Part shown: piece after piece, positions 10,706-18,335 of the stretch
Position numbering within the stretch: position 1 is the first letter of the stretch
How the letters are laid out: each line of letters starts with the position of its first letter
Assembly (NCBI RefSeq): GCF_049446235.1
Contig: NZ_JBMSEF010000001.1
Location: 252,855 to 284,854, forward strand
Length of the DNA: 32,000 bases
Origin: Enterovirga sp. CN4-39
GTDB lineage: Bacteria > Pseudomonadota > Alphaproteobacteria > Rhizobiales > Beijerinckiaceae
Direction of reading: 5' to 3'
Translations under genes and position numbers: made by a program
Notes under the pieces: model-generated
Seen by the model: the letters and a program-made list of their open reading frames with translations, nothing else
Database searches by the model: none
What the model was told of the DNA's origin: nothing

Positions 10706-10796
10706 AGCGGAGACCGTCCTGGGCAGAGCGATCCTCCGCCGATGCCGAGAGGACTGCTGCAGCGACTGGCCGCCGTGTTTATGGGGCGCGCTTGAG

Positions 10797-10820
10797 GAGG
10801 GCGGAGCGCCTTTCCGCCTC
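10797..10820. terminator. possible bidirectional hairpin between convergent fae and the HisA-like gene
   Basis: GAGG(G)CGGA at 10797-10805 pairs with TCCGCCTC at 10813-10820: 8 bp, one bulge, 7-nt loop. No clear U-tract. It overlaps the stop codon of the minus-strand gene. Confidence 0.25.
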
Positions 10821-11529
10821 AGACCGCCGCTCTGTCTCCGGCATGCCCCTGCCGGAGGCGACCGTCATGGATTGCGGAGGCGACGAGGATCCCCGCCGCG
10901 CCCGCGGCCGCAAGGAGTGCGAGGTCCTCCGGACCGCGCAAGCCGCCGGCCGCGTAGATGCGCGTCGTCGGCGAACGTGCCTTGACCTCTCTGACCCTCT
11001 TGAGGTCGGGGCCGAGTTCGGCCCCGACCCGCGTCAACGTCATCGCGATCACGTCGTCCGGCCAGAGTGCGGGTTCGGCGTGCAGTTCCGGGGGACCGAG
11101 GAGCGCGTCGCCCCGGCTGTCCAGGGACAGGATGGCATCCGCCCGGTAGCGCACCGGCAGGCTTGTCTCCCGCAGGCTCTCCGTGCCGAGGACGGGACGC
11201 CCGATCCCGCGATCGAGGAAACGCGCTACGGCGTCCTCGTCCGCAAACCCGGCATCCACCCAGATCTCGTGCCCCGGAAAGGCCCGTCGCAGCCGGGTCA
11301 GCACCGTGTTTTGCGGGAGCTGCGTCTCGATGGCGTCGAGGTCCGCGACATACAGCCGGCGCGACGGCACCGCCCCGAGGAGGCCCTCCGCCACCGCGAC
11401 CGGATCGGGCGAGGGGGCGAGCGGCGTCTCGATCGGTTGGTAGGCCGCGCGCTCTCCTGCCCTGGCGCGGACGACGAGGCCCCCGCGGATATCGATCACC
11501 GGTATGATCGCGAGGTCGCCTAATGACAT
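10819..11529 (-). CDS. HisA/HisF-family TIM-barrel protein of the H4MPT island (orf9-type)
   Basis: 236-aa ORF. MSLGDLAIIPVIDIRGGLVV… and …IYAAGGLRGPEDL… are HisA-like phosphate-binding motifs. Confidence 0.75.
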   Translation of the reverse strand: MSLGDLAIIPVIDIRGGLVVRARAGERAAYQPIETPLAPSPDPVAVAEGLLGAVPSRRLYVADLDAIETQLPQNTVLTRLRRAFPGHEIWVDAGFADEDAVARFLDRGIGRPVLGTESLRETSLPVRYRADAILSLDSRGDALLGPPELHAEPALWPDDVIAMTLTRVGAELGPDLKRVREVKARSPTTRIYAAGGLRGPEDLALLAAAGAAGILVASAIHDGRLRQGHAGDRAAV

Positions 11530-12602
11530 CTCCGATCCCGTCTTCGCGCCACCCTGTCATCGGCTGGGACCTCGGCGGTGTCCACCTCAAGGCAGCGCTC
11601 GCCGAGGCCGGCGCGATCCGTGCGGCCGTGCAGGTGCCGTGTCCACTCTGGCGGGGACTCCCTGCCCTGGACGAGGCTCTTGCGAGCCTGCCCGATTGGG
11701 CGCGCACTCCGGCCGACCATGCCGTGACAATGACAGGGGAGTTGACCGACTGCTTCACGAGCCGCAGCGAGGGCGTGCGCGAGCTCGCGGGCTGGGCCGC
11801 CGGCAGCCTCCAGGGCGCTGTCCAAATCTATGCGGGACGGAGCGGCTTTTTCGAGCCGGACCGGGCGCATGGCGCGGCCGCGGACGTCGCCTCGGCGAAC
11901 TGGCACGCTACCGCCAGCCTGGTTGCCCGGCACCTGCCGGACGCGCTGCTGGTCGATATCGGCTCGACCACGGCCGACCTGATCCCGATCGCGGACGGGG
12001 TTGCCGCCGCGCTCGGCTATACCGATGCGGAAAGGCTCGAGACCGGCGAGCTGGTCTATACGGGCGTGGTCCGCACGCCGCTGATGGCTCTCGCCCGCCG
12101 GGCACCCTTCCGGGGGCGTTGGACGGCGCTCGTCGCCGAGCATTTCGCGACGGCGGCCGACGCCTACCGGCTTCTCAACCTGCTTGATCCGCGATCGGAT
12201 CAGCAGGAGGCCGCCGACGGGAAAGGCAAGTCGCGAGCGGAGACGGAAACCCGTATCGCCCGGATGGTGGGCCGGGACCGTGAGGACGGTGGTTCGGGGG
12301 ACTGGGCGCGGCTCGCCGCCTTCTTCGCGGAGCGACAACTCGTCCTCCTGCAGGAGGCGGTCGCGCAGGTCGCGTCCCAGGGCAGCCTCGTGGATGACGC
12401 TCCGATCGTCGGCTGCGGGGCCGGGCGCTTCCTCGCCGCCCGGCTCGCAGGGCACCTCGGACGTCCCTTTCGCGACCTCGCCGAATTCGTGCCGAGTGCC
12501 GGGACGTCGGCGGACTGGCTCTCGTCCTGTGCCCCGGCGGTCGCGGTCGCGCTTCTGGCGGGCGAGCAGGTCAGGAGCCCGACCGCTCGATCTTCGCCTT
12601 GA
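11523..12602 (+). CDS. hydantoinase/oxoprolinase-like (ASKHA fold) H4MPT-linked C1-transfer pathway protein, orf17-type
   Basis: 359-aa ORF with IGWDLGGVHLK and LLVDIGSTTADLIP sugar-kinase/hydantoinase-type motifs. Its start overlaps the start of the divergent HisA-like gene. Confidence 0.75.
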   Translation: MTSPIPSSRHPVIGWDLGGVHLKAALAEAGAIRAAVQVPCPLWRGLPALDEALASLPDWARTPADHAVTMTGELTDCFTSRSEGVRELAGWAAGSLQGAVQIYAGRSGFFEPDRAHGAAADVASANWHATASLVARHLPDALLVDIGSTTADLIPIADGVAAALGYTDAERLETGELVYTGVVRTPLMALARRAPFRGRWTALVAEHFATAADAYRLLNLLDPRSDQQEAADGKGKSRAETETRIARMVGRDREDGGSGDWARLAAFFAERQLVLLQEAVAQVASQGSLVDDAPIVGCGAGRFLAARLAGHLGRPFRDLAEFVPSAGTSADWLSSCAPAVAVALLAGEQVRSPTARSSP

Positions 12603-13113
12603 GTGCGTCGAGGCCCATTCGATAGAGGCCCGTGACGGCCTTGATCGCCGCGTCGTCGTTGAGTTCCGGCGGCGGATCGTTGTTGGGGTAGCCGCGGTAG
12701 AAGGCGCCGCGCCACACCACAACCGACTTGCCGCCGGTACCCGGCTCGACGGCGATGGTCGATGCGTAGTTTGTGACCGGCAGTACTTTCACATCCACGG
12801 CGGTGATCCGGTACGAGTAGCTCATCGTCTCGGGCTCGTACTTGTGGAGCACCTCGTCGACCGTCGCACCGCCTGTGAGCGTGAGCCTGCGCGTCGCATC
12901 GACAGCGTTGCCGCCCGGGCCTTCCGTCTTCTCGACCGGCGGCAGCCAGCTCATGTCATGGAAATTCGACAGGACGCCCCAGACCTTCTCGGGCGGGGCG
13001 TTGATGTCGACACGCTCCTCCACCTTCTTCCGTGGCGGCCCGTGCGCCTCGGCCCCGGCGGCAAGAACCATGGCGGAGAGGGCCGCGAGCCCCCCGAGCA
13101 GCAGATCCCTCAT
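12571..13113 (-). CDS. secreted SRPBCC (START/polyketide-cyclase-like) family protein
   Basis: ORF 12571..13236 trimmed to the ATG at 13113, which has an upstream RBS GGAGGAG. Signal peptide MRDLLLGGLAALSAMVLAAGAEA-HG. Mature part (VDINAPPEKVWGVLSNFHDMSWLP…) is typical of SRPBCC. 180 aa. Confidence 0.7.
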   Translation of the reverse strand: MRDLLLGGLAALSAMVLAAGAEAHGPPRKKVEERVDINAPPEKVWGVLSNFHDMSWLPPVEKTEGPGGNAVDATRRLTLTGGATVDEVLHKYEPETMSYSYRITAVDVKVLPVTNYASTIAVEPGTGGKSVVVWRGAFYRGYPNNDPPPELNDDAAIKAVTGLYRMGLDALKAKIERSGS

Positions 13114-13144
13114 CGTCTCGTCTCCTCCGATGGTCCGTCCGGGT

Positions 13145-13714
13145 TCAGGCGGCCGGCCCGAGTGTCCGGTCGACCTTCTCCCTGATCCAGTCCCACGCCT
13201 CCTGTTCGGCGGGACCGGCCGTCTTTCCGACGGCAATTGCGAGGTACTTCATCTCCGAGCGCACCTTCTCCGGCGACAGCATGCCGAGGCGCGTCGACAG
13301 GATCGCCGCCTCGATCACGGCGGCCTGGGCGCGGTTGAAGCCCACGAACGGCTGGTGGCTCGCGGAATGGACGAGCCGGCAGCGGAAACGCGGCCGGGCC
13401 TCGTCTCCCTGCACCTCCGCCACCTCGAACTCCCCATGGGCATAGCAGGACGCGAGGCGCACCCCGGCGATGCGGTCGCAGGGGACCGTCGGCCAGTCCC
13501 GCCGACCGGTGACGCAGCCGGCGAGCACCCGGATGTCCGACGGCGAGGACGCGGCCAGGAAGGGATGACGCTCGAGGTTATCGATCGTCGGCGAGGGCCG
13601 GAACGGCGCGACGACGTAGAGCTCACCCTCCTGGATCAAACCGAACGGCACCAGGTGCCACCCCGTCCCGTCGGCGTTCCGGGTCGTGACGATCGTCTCG
13701 AGAATGAGCGGCAC
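13145..13714 (-). CDS. DUF447-family protein (flavin-reductase-like fold) of the orf19-22 H4MPT biosynthesis block
   Basis: 189-aa ORF with a GTG start (MPLILETIVTTRNADGTGWHLVPFG…). Family recognised from memory. Starts 3 nt after the stop of the DHPS-like gene. Confidence 0.7.
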   Translation of the reverse strand: MPLILETIVTTRNADGTGWHLVPFGLIQEGELYVVAPFRPSPTIDNLERHPFLAASSPSDIRVLAGCVTGRRDWPTVPCDRIAGVRLASCYAHGEFEVAEVQGDEARPRFRCRLVHSASHQPFVGFNRAQAAVIEAAILSTRLGMLSPEKVRSEMKYLAIAVGKTAGPAEQEAWDWIREKVDRTLGPAA

Positions 13715-13717
13715 GGC

Positions 13718-15154
13718 TCAGCTCCGTCCGCCGCGGCTGCGCATCGTGTGCCCGGCCTCCTTGAACGCCGTCGTGTCTTCCGGGACGGGATCGGCCGCGC
13801 AGCCCCACTCGAGCGCCTCGTCCTGGACGTAGCGCTTGCCCAGGCGCCAGGCGATTTCCGCCTTGGCGAGCTCCTGGCCGAGATAGAAGGCGTGCCCGCC
13901 GTCCCCATCGACGCCGAGCTGCGGGAAGAAGGACAGGGCCTCCGTGCCGCGCGTGTGAAGGGCCCGGTTGTAGATGTGGATCCCGTCCTCGCCCACCATG
14001 ATGCGGAAGGCGGCGTCGCGGACCTCCGCCGCCTCGGCTGCGATCTCCGCCGGGCTCTGTACGAAAGGCTGCTTGTCGTGCAGCGCCAGCAGGGCCCGGC
14101 CATACCCCTTCGGCACGGAGCCGTCGGCGCGCGCCGCGAACATGACTCGGCGCGCTGCATCGTGCTCCTCGATCGTGCGGCGCGTATGACTGCTCACCTG
14201 GACGACGAGCACGTTGCGGATGGCGAGTTCGGAGCAGATGCCAAGGAGAACGGCGGTTGCTCCGAGGCTGTCGGCCTCGGTGAGTTCGGTGATGTTGCCG
14301 GTTCCCATGAGGATCTCGGCCTCGGGCAGCAGCCTCCGGATCTCGGCATAACGCAGGAGCGATTGCGTGAAGCCGAAATGGATCGGTTCCAGGATGGGAT
14401 CGACGAGGAACGCCTTACCGGCTGCCGTCAGCCGCTCGGCTGCGCGCACCAGGGAGGCGAGATCGTCGGGTCGGACGGGAACCAGAACAGGGATCGCGTT
14501 CGTCCGGAAGGCGAGGTCGAGCGTCATCTCGTCCAAGCTCAGCAGGAAATCGGCTCCGGCTGCCGCGCCGCGCGCGAGTTCGTCGTCTGAGAAGGAGTCG
14601 ACGCTGACGCGCAGCCCGGCCCGCTTCAGCAGCGCGACGCTCTCCTCGAGATGCGGGAAGGGCGTATCCGGCAGTCCGCCGAGATCGATCACGTCCGCCC
14701 CGCGGGCGCGCAGCGAGGATGCCAGATCCAGGATCGCGGCGGGCGCCAGGCGAGGGGCATCCACGATTTCGGCGAAGATCCGCACGTCGTGGCGGGAAAG
14801 GTCGATCTTGCGGCCGGCCAGGCCGAGATGGGTCGGCAGATCGACGATCTCGTCTGGCCCGCGCTCGACCCGAACACCGAAATGATCGCTCAGCGCCGCA
14901 AGGTCCGCACGGCACCGGCCCGGCAGGAGAACGCGGTGGGTGCCCTCCGGTATTACGACCCGGCGCCGGATGATCTCTTCCGTCATCAGGGCGGCGACCT
15001 TAACGCCGGCATCCACGACCGAGCACATGAAGCGCTCTGGCGGGAGACTCGCGGCCAGCTTCTCGAGCCGGGCCCTCGCCAAATGACCGGTGACGAGAGC
15101 AATACGCTCGGGCCCCGTGCCCGGCGGTCTGGCCTGCTCCGGCGGCGTCGTCAC
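13718..15154 (-). CDS. dihydropteroate-synthase-like pterin-binding protein with N- and C-terminal extensions (H4MPT biosynthesis)
   Basis: 478-aa ORF with a GTGA overlap with the upstream kinase-like gene. The central region (ADVIDLGG…, …DSFSDDEL…, …LMGTGNITELTEADS…) resembles the DHPS pterin-binding barrel. Confidence 0.8.
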   Translation of the reverse strand: MTTPPEQARPPGTGPERIALVTGHLARARLEKLAASLPPERFMCSVVDAGVKVAALMTEEIIRRRVVIPEGTHRVLLPGRCRADLAALSDHFGVRVERGPDEIVDLPTHLGLAGRKIDLSRHDVRIFAEIVDAPRLAPAAILDLASSLRARGADVIDLGGLPDTPFPHLEESVALLKRAGLRVSVDSFSDDELARGAAAGADFLLSLDEMTLDLAFRTNAIPVLVPVRPDDLASLVRAAERLTAAGKAFLVDPILEPIHFGFTQSLLRYAEIRRLLPEAEILMGTGNITELTEADSLGATAVLLGICSELAIRNVLVVQVSSHTRRTIEEHDAARRVMFAARADGSVPKGYGRALLALHDKQPFVQSPAEIAAEAAEVRDAAFRIMVGEDGIHIYNRALHTRGTEALSFFPQLGVDGDGGHAFYLGQELAKAEIAWRLGKRYVQDEALEWGCAADPVPEDTTAFKEAGHTMRSRGGRS

Positions 15155-15753
15155 GTGCGCGTCCCCGGCCGGGCGAGGGCGCCGCCTAGATCGCCTGTTT
15201 CCGTGCCGTGGATCACGATCTCGCCCCCGAACCTTGCGGCGAATTGCGGGAATGCCGCGTCGACGAGCCCAGCGCGAGACCAGGCCGCGGGCGTGCCTTC
15301 CGGCACGGCGATCGAGGATTTCACGAGCACGCAGCGCTCCGCTCCGAGCTGGGTCGCCAGCCAGACGGCGAGGCTGTCCGACGTGACATCCCAGCTCTCC
15401 GGGATCTCCGGATGCCCTTCCCGCAAAGCCGCCGGATGCCAGAGCGGGATGGCCGAGCTGCGCCAGGCGCGTCTTATCCCCGCGACGTCATCCGTTTGGC
15501 GCAGGCGAGGCTCGAGGGCTTTGAAGGCCTGAGCCATCGAGCCCATCGCGTCGAGCGCAAGCCGATGGGCGACGCTGTCATTGAACCCTAGCCGGCGCTG
15601 GGCGTCCCGGACCGCATCAGCGAAAACACCACCGCCGGGCACCACCACGATCTCCCCCGGCGCCCTGTCTGCCAGTTCGTGGAGCAGTGTCCGAAGCCGG
15701 CTTCGCTCCTTGGCGACGCTCCCGCCGATCTTCACGACGACCGCGCCCGCCAT
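15151..15753 (-). CDS. amino-acid-kinase (aspartate/glutamate/uridylate kinase) family protein
   Basis: ORF 15151..15894 trimmed to the ATG at 15753 (MAGAVVVKIGGSVAKE…VVVPGGG…). 200 aa. Starts 1 nt after the MfnB-like stop. Confidence 0.7.
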   Translation of the reverse strand: MAGAVVVKIGGSVAKERSRLRTLLHELADRAPGEIVVVPGGGVFADAVRDAQRRLGFNDSVAHRLALDAMGSMAQAFKALEPRLRQTDDVAGIRRAWRSSAIPLWHPAALREGHPEIPESWDVTSDSLAVWLATQLGAERCVLVKSSIAVPEGTPAAWSRAGLVDAAFPQFAARFGGEIVIHGTETGDLGGALARPGTRT

Positions 15754-15754
15754 G

Positions 15755-16483
15755 TCAGGCCGCCTCCCGCCGTCCCGTCTCCGTGAGCCGCGCCGCGGCC
15801 TCACGAATGCGGCCCCCGTCGAGCGCCAGCCCACGGTTGCTGCTCGCGCAGAGGCCGCCGCGGAATCCGAGATAGCTCGGCCCGTGGCGAGCAAGAGCCG
15901 CGATGTCCGCGATCCGAAGCGAGCCCGCCAGCCCCGAGATCAGCCCGGCCTCCCGGCAGCCGGCCACGAAGCCCGCGAGCCGCTCGGGCGGCAGGAGGTC
16001 CGGCAGGCTCGTCCCGTCCTTAATCCGGGTGTCGATCATCGCTCCTGCGAAACCGGCACGGGCGACCGAGGGCAGGATGGACGGCTCCGGCCCGTCCTCC
16101 GCAAAGAAGACCGCGATGACTGGCACCCCGGCATGGGCCAGCGCTGGCCGCAGCATGTCCGGCTCGCTCCAGATCCCTGCCGGGAGCGCCACCTTCAGAA
16201 GGTCGGCGCCCGCGGGCGCGAGCGCGCCAAGGCTGGAGGCCAGTTCCGCAACCCCCCGCGGCTCTCCCGCGACTGCGCTGACGAGCGGGGAATTGGGGTT
16301 CGTCCGTACGTCCGCCGCTATGGCTGAGACAATGCCGGGCGGCAGCGCGCCTAGCGCGCCGCGATCGGGGTCTTTCGCGTCGACCAGATCGGCCCCGCAA
16401 TCAGCCGCGAGCACTGCCTCTGCCGGGTCGCGCACGCTGACGAGCAGGCGGGTGCTTTGGACTGGCGTCTCCGCTGGACTCAT
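15755..16483 (-). CDS. (5-formylfuran-3-yl)methyl phosphate synthase-like protein (MfnB/DUF556 family), furan-cofactor biosynthesis
   Basis: ORF 15755..16984 trimmed to the ATG at 16483 (MSPAETPVQSTRLLVSVRDPAEAVLAADCGADLVDAKDP…GFAGAMIDT…). 242 aa. ATGA overlap with the upstream secreted-protein gene. Confidence 0.75.
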   Translation of the reverse strand: MSPAETPVQSTRLLVSVRDPAEAVLAADCGADLVDAKDPDRGALGALPPGIVSAIAADVRTNPNSPLVSAVAGEPRGVAELASSLGALAPAGADLLKVALPAGIWSEPDMLRPALAHAGVPVIAVFFAEDGPEPSILPSVARAGFAGAMIDTRIKDGTSLPDLLPPERLAGFVAGCREAGLISGLAGSLRIADIAALARHGPSYLGFRGGLCASSNRGLALDGGRIREAAARLTETGRREAA

Positions 16484-17004
16484 GAGCGTTCCGGGAGGGG
16501 CTCGGCGAGCAGCCGGTTCTTCACCATCCAGCGGATGCCGCGAAGCCAAGTCTCGTCCGTGTTGCCCCGTATGTCGACCTGCGCGCCGCGCACGATCTTT
16601 CCGTCGGCGATATCCGTAACGGTGAGGACGAAGCTCAGGATGAGGTTCGAGGTCTTCTGCACGTAGCCGGAGACGACGAGTTCCGCGCCGAGGGACTTGC
16701 CGATCTCCTCGATGCAGCCGTTGCACTTGAAGACGGGGCTCTTGTCCTGGATTGCGGTGGCCTGCGGCGCGATGTCGACGGGCGTGATCTGTCCGGACTC
16801 GGCCAGCAGGCGCCGCAGTTCGGTGCTGGCGAGCCCGAGCCGACGAGCCTGCTCCGCTTCCAGCCCGCGGTCGCCCGAAGGCTGGCTCATGTCCAGCAGT
16901 TCGATCTCTAGGATCGCCGTTCGAGCCGGGCGCGCCATCGCTGCCGATGCTAGGAGCAGCGATACCAAAACCAGGACAGGCCACACATTGGCCTCCCGCA
17001 ACAT
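16480..17004 (-). CDS. secreted CxxC protein of unknown function (possibly DUF3280-like)
   Basis: ORF 16480..17139 trimmed to the ATG at 17004. Signal peptide MLREANVWPVLVLVSLLLASAAMA. Mature part carries KCNGCIEE and the beta-rich segment VVSGYVQKTSNLILSFVLTVTDIADGKIV. First gene of the minus-strand operon. The family name is a recollection, not verified. Confidence 0.6.
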   Translation of the reverse strand: MLREANVWPVLVLVSLLLASAAMARPARTAILEIELLDMSQPSGDRGLEAEQARRLGLASTELRRLLAESGQITPVDIAPQATAIQDKSPVFKCNGCIEEIGKSLGAELVVSGYVQKTSNLILSFVLTVTDIADGKIVRGAQVDIRGNTDETWLRGIRWMVKNRLLAEPLPERS

Positions 17005-17120
17005 AATACTAATAAATCGATCACACGCCATTTCGCTCTGCACAAGCGCGCGAGTTCTTAGTTTTCTCTCATCGATAATCTGTTGTGCAAGATCACTTTG
17101 CCTGGGTAACCTGCGACACC
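17005..17120. promoter_or_regulatory. divergent AT-rich control region (cofactor operon to the left, lut-like operon to the right)
   Basis: 116-nt gap that is clearly AT-richer than the flanking DNA. Two ATCGAT palindromes (17016-17021, 17071-17076). GATAAT (17074-17079) is -10-like. Confidence 0.5.
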
Positions 17121-18335
17121 ATGACGACAGCGAGGCCATTTTCAGGTTTGCTTATGTCGCGGAGCAGGCGGATCGCGATCTGCGCTGCTCTCGTCTGCCT
17201 TGCCGGGCGTGCCGTCGCGGCGGACCCGGTAGAATTTCGCATCGGCATTATCAGCCGGGAGATCCCGCCGCCGGCGGCCTCGGACATCGAGGCTCGGCCG
17301 GAGGATGACGGCATCGCGGGCGGGCGGCTCGCGATCCGCGACAACAACTCGACGGGGGCCTTCACTCGACAAAGCTACAAGGCCGAGGAGGTGATCCTGG
17401 AGGAGGGGCAGAGCGCGGGCGAGGCCGCGAAGGCCCTCGTTTCGGGCGGGACCCCCTTCATCGTCGCGGCGCTGCCGGCGGACGATCTTCTGGCCGTGGC
17501 GGATGCCCTGAAGGACACGCCGGCGGTCGTGTTCAATGCCGCGGCAGGCGAGGACCGGCTGCGCGGGCCGGATTGCCGCGCGAACATCTTCCACGTCGCG
17601 CCGAGCACCGCGATGCTGACCGACGGGCTCGCGCAGTTCCTGTCCCACATGCGCTGGCGCAAGCTCTTCCTGATGGTTGGACCGAACGAGGCCGACCGGC
17701 TCTACGCCGAGGCGGTCAAGCGCTCGGCGCGCAAGTTCGGGCTGCAGGTCACGGCCGAGAGGCCCTGGGATCTCGGGCCGCTCGCGCGGGCGAAGGCCGA
17801 CAGCCCGACTACGGCCGAGGCACTCGTCTTCACCCGGGGGGGCGATTACGACATCGCGGTCGTCGCCGACGAGGCCGGCGATTTCGGCGACTACGTTCCC
17901 TTTCGCACCGTCGACCCGCGGCCGGTCGGCGGCACGCAGGGGCTGATCGCCACGACGTGGCATCCGACTCTCGAGGCCTGGGGTGCGACCCAGGCCCAGA
18001 ACCGTTTCCGCCGCCTTGCCGGCCGTCTCATGCGGCCGCTCGACTACCAGGTCTGGGCGGCGGTGCGCTCGGTCGGAGAGGCGGGCACGCAGACGAAGAG
18101 CGCCGATCCGCGCCTCGTCGCGGCATTCCTGAGAAGCCCGGATTTCAGCCTGCCGGGCCACAAGGGCGTGGGCCTTTCCTTCCGCACCTGGGACCAGCAA
18201 CTCCGCCAGCCCATCCTGATCGTGCAGCCCAAGGCCCTGGTGACGGTCGCGCCGGAGAAGGGCTTCCTCCACCAGCGGACACCGCTCGACTCCCTTGGCC
18301 TGGATCAACCGGAGAGCCCATGCAGACTCGGCTGA
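17121..18335 (+). CDS. lutA: periplasmic type-1 (LivK-like) ABC substrate-binding protein, PQQ-dehydrogenase/lanthanide-associated system
   Basis: ORF 17085..18335; start at ATG 17121 or ATG 17154 (MSRSRRIAICAALVCLAGRAVA signal peptide). Periplasmic-binding-protein pattern (FRIGIIS…, IVAALPADDLLAV…, LFLMVGPNEADR). The symbol is assigned by position in the lutA-H-like order. Confidence 0.7.
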   Translation: MTTARPFSGLLMSRSRRIAICAALVCLAGRAVAADPVEFRIGIISREIPPPAASDIEARPEDDGIAGGRLAIRDNNSTGAFTRQSYKAEEVILEEGQSAGEAAKALVSGGTPFIVAALPADDLLAVADALKDTPAVVFNAAAGEDRLRGPDCRANIFHVAPSTAMLTDGLAQFLSHMRWRKLFLMVGPNEADRLYAEAVKRSARKFGLQVTAERPWDLGPLARAKADSPTTAEALVFTRGGDYDIAVVADEAGDFGDYVPFRTVDPRPVGGTQGLIATTWHPTLEAWGATQAQNRFRRLAGRLMRPLDYQVWAAVRSVGEAGTQTKSADPRLVAAFLRSPDFSLPGHKGVGLSFRTWDQQLRQPILIVQPKALVTVAPEKGFLHQRTPLDSLGLDQPESPCRLG

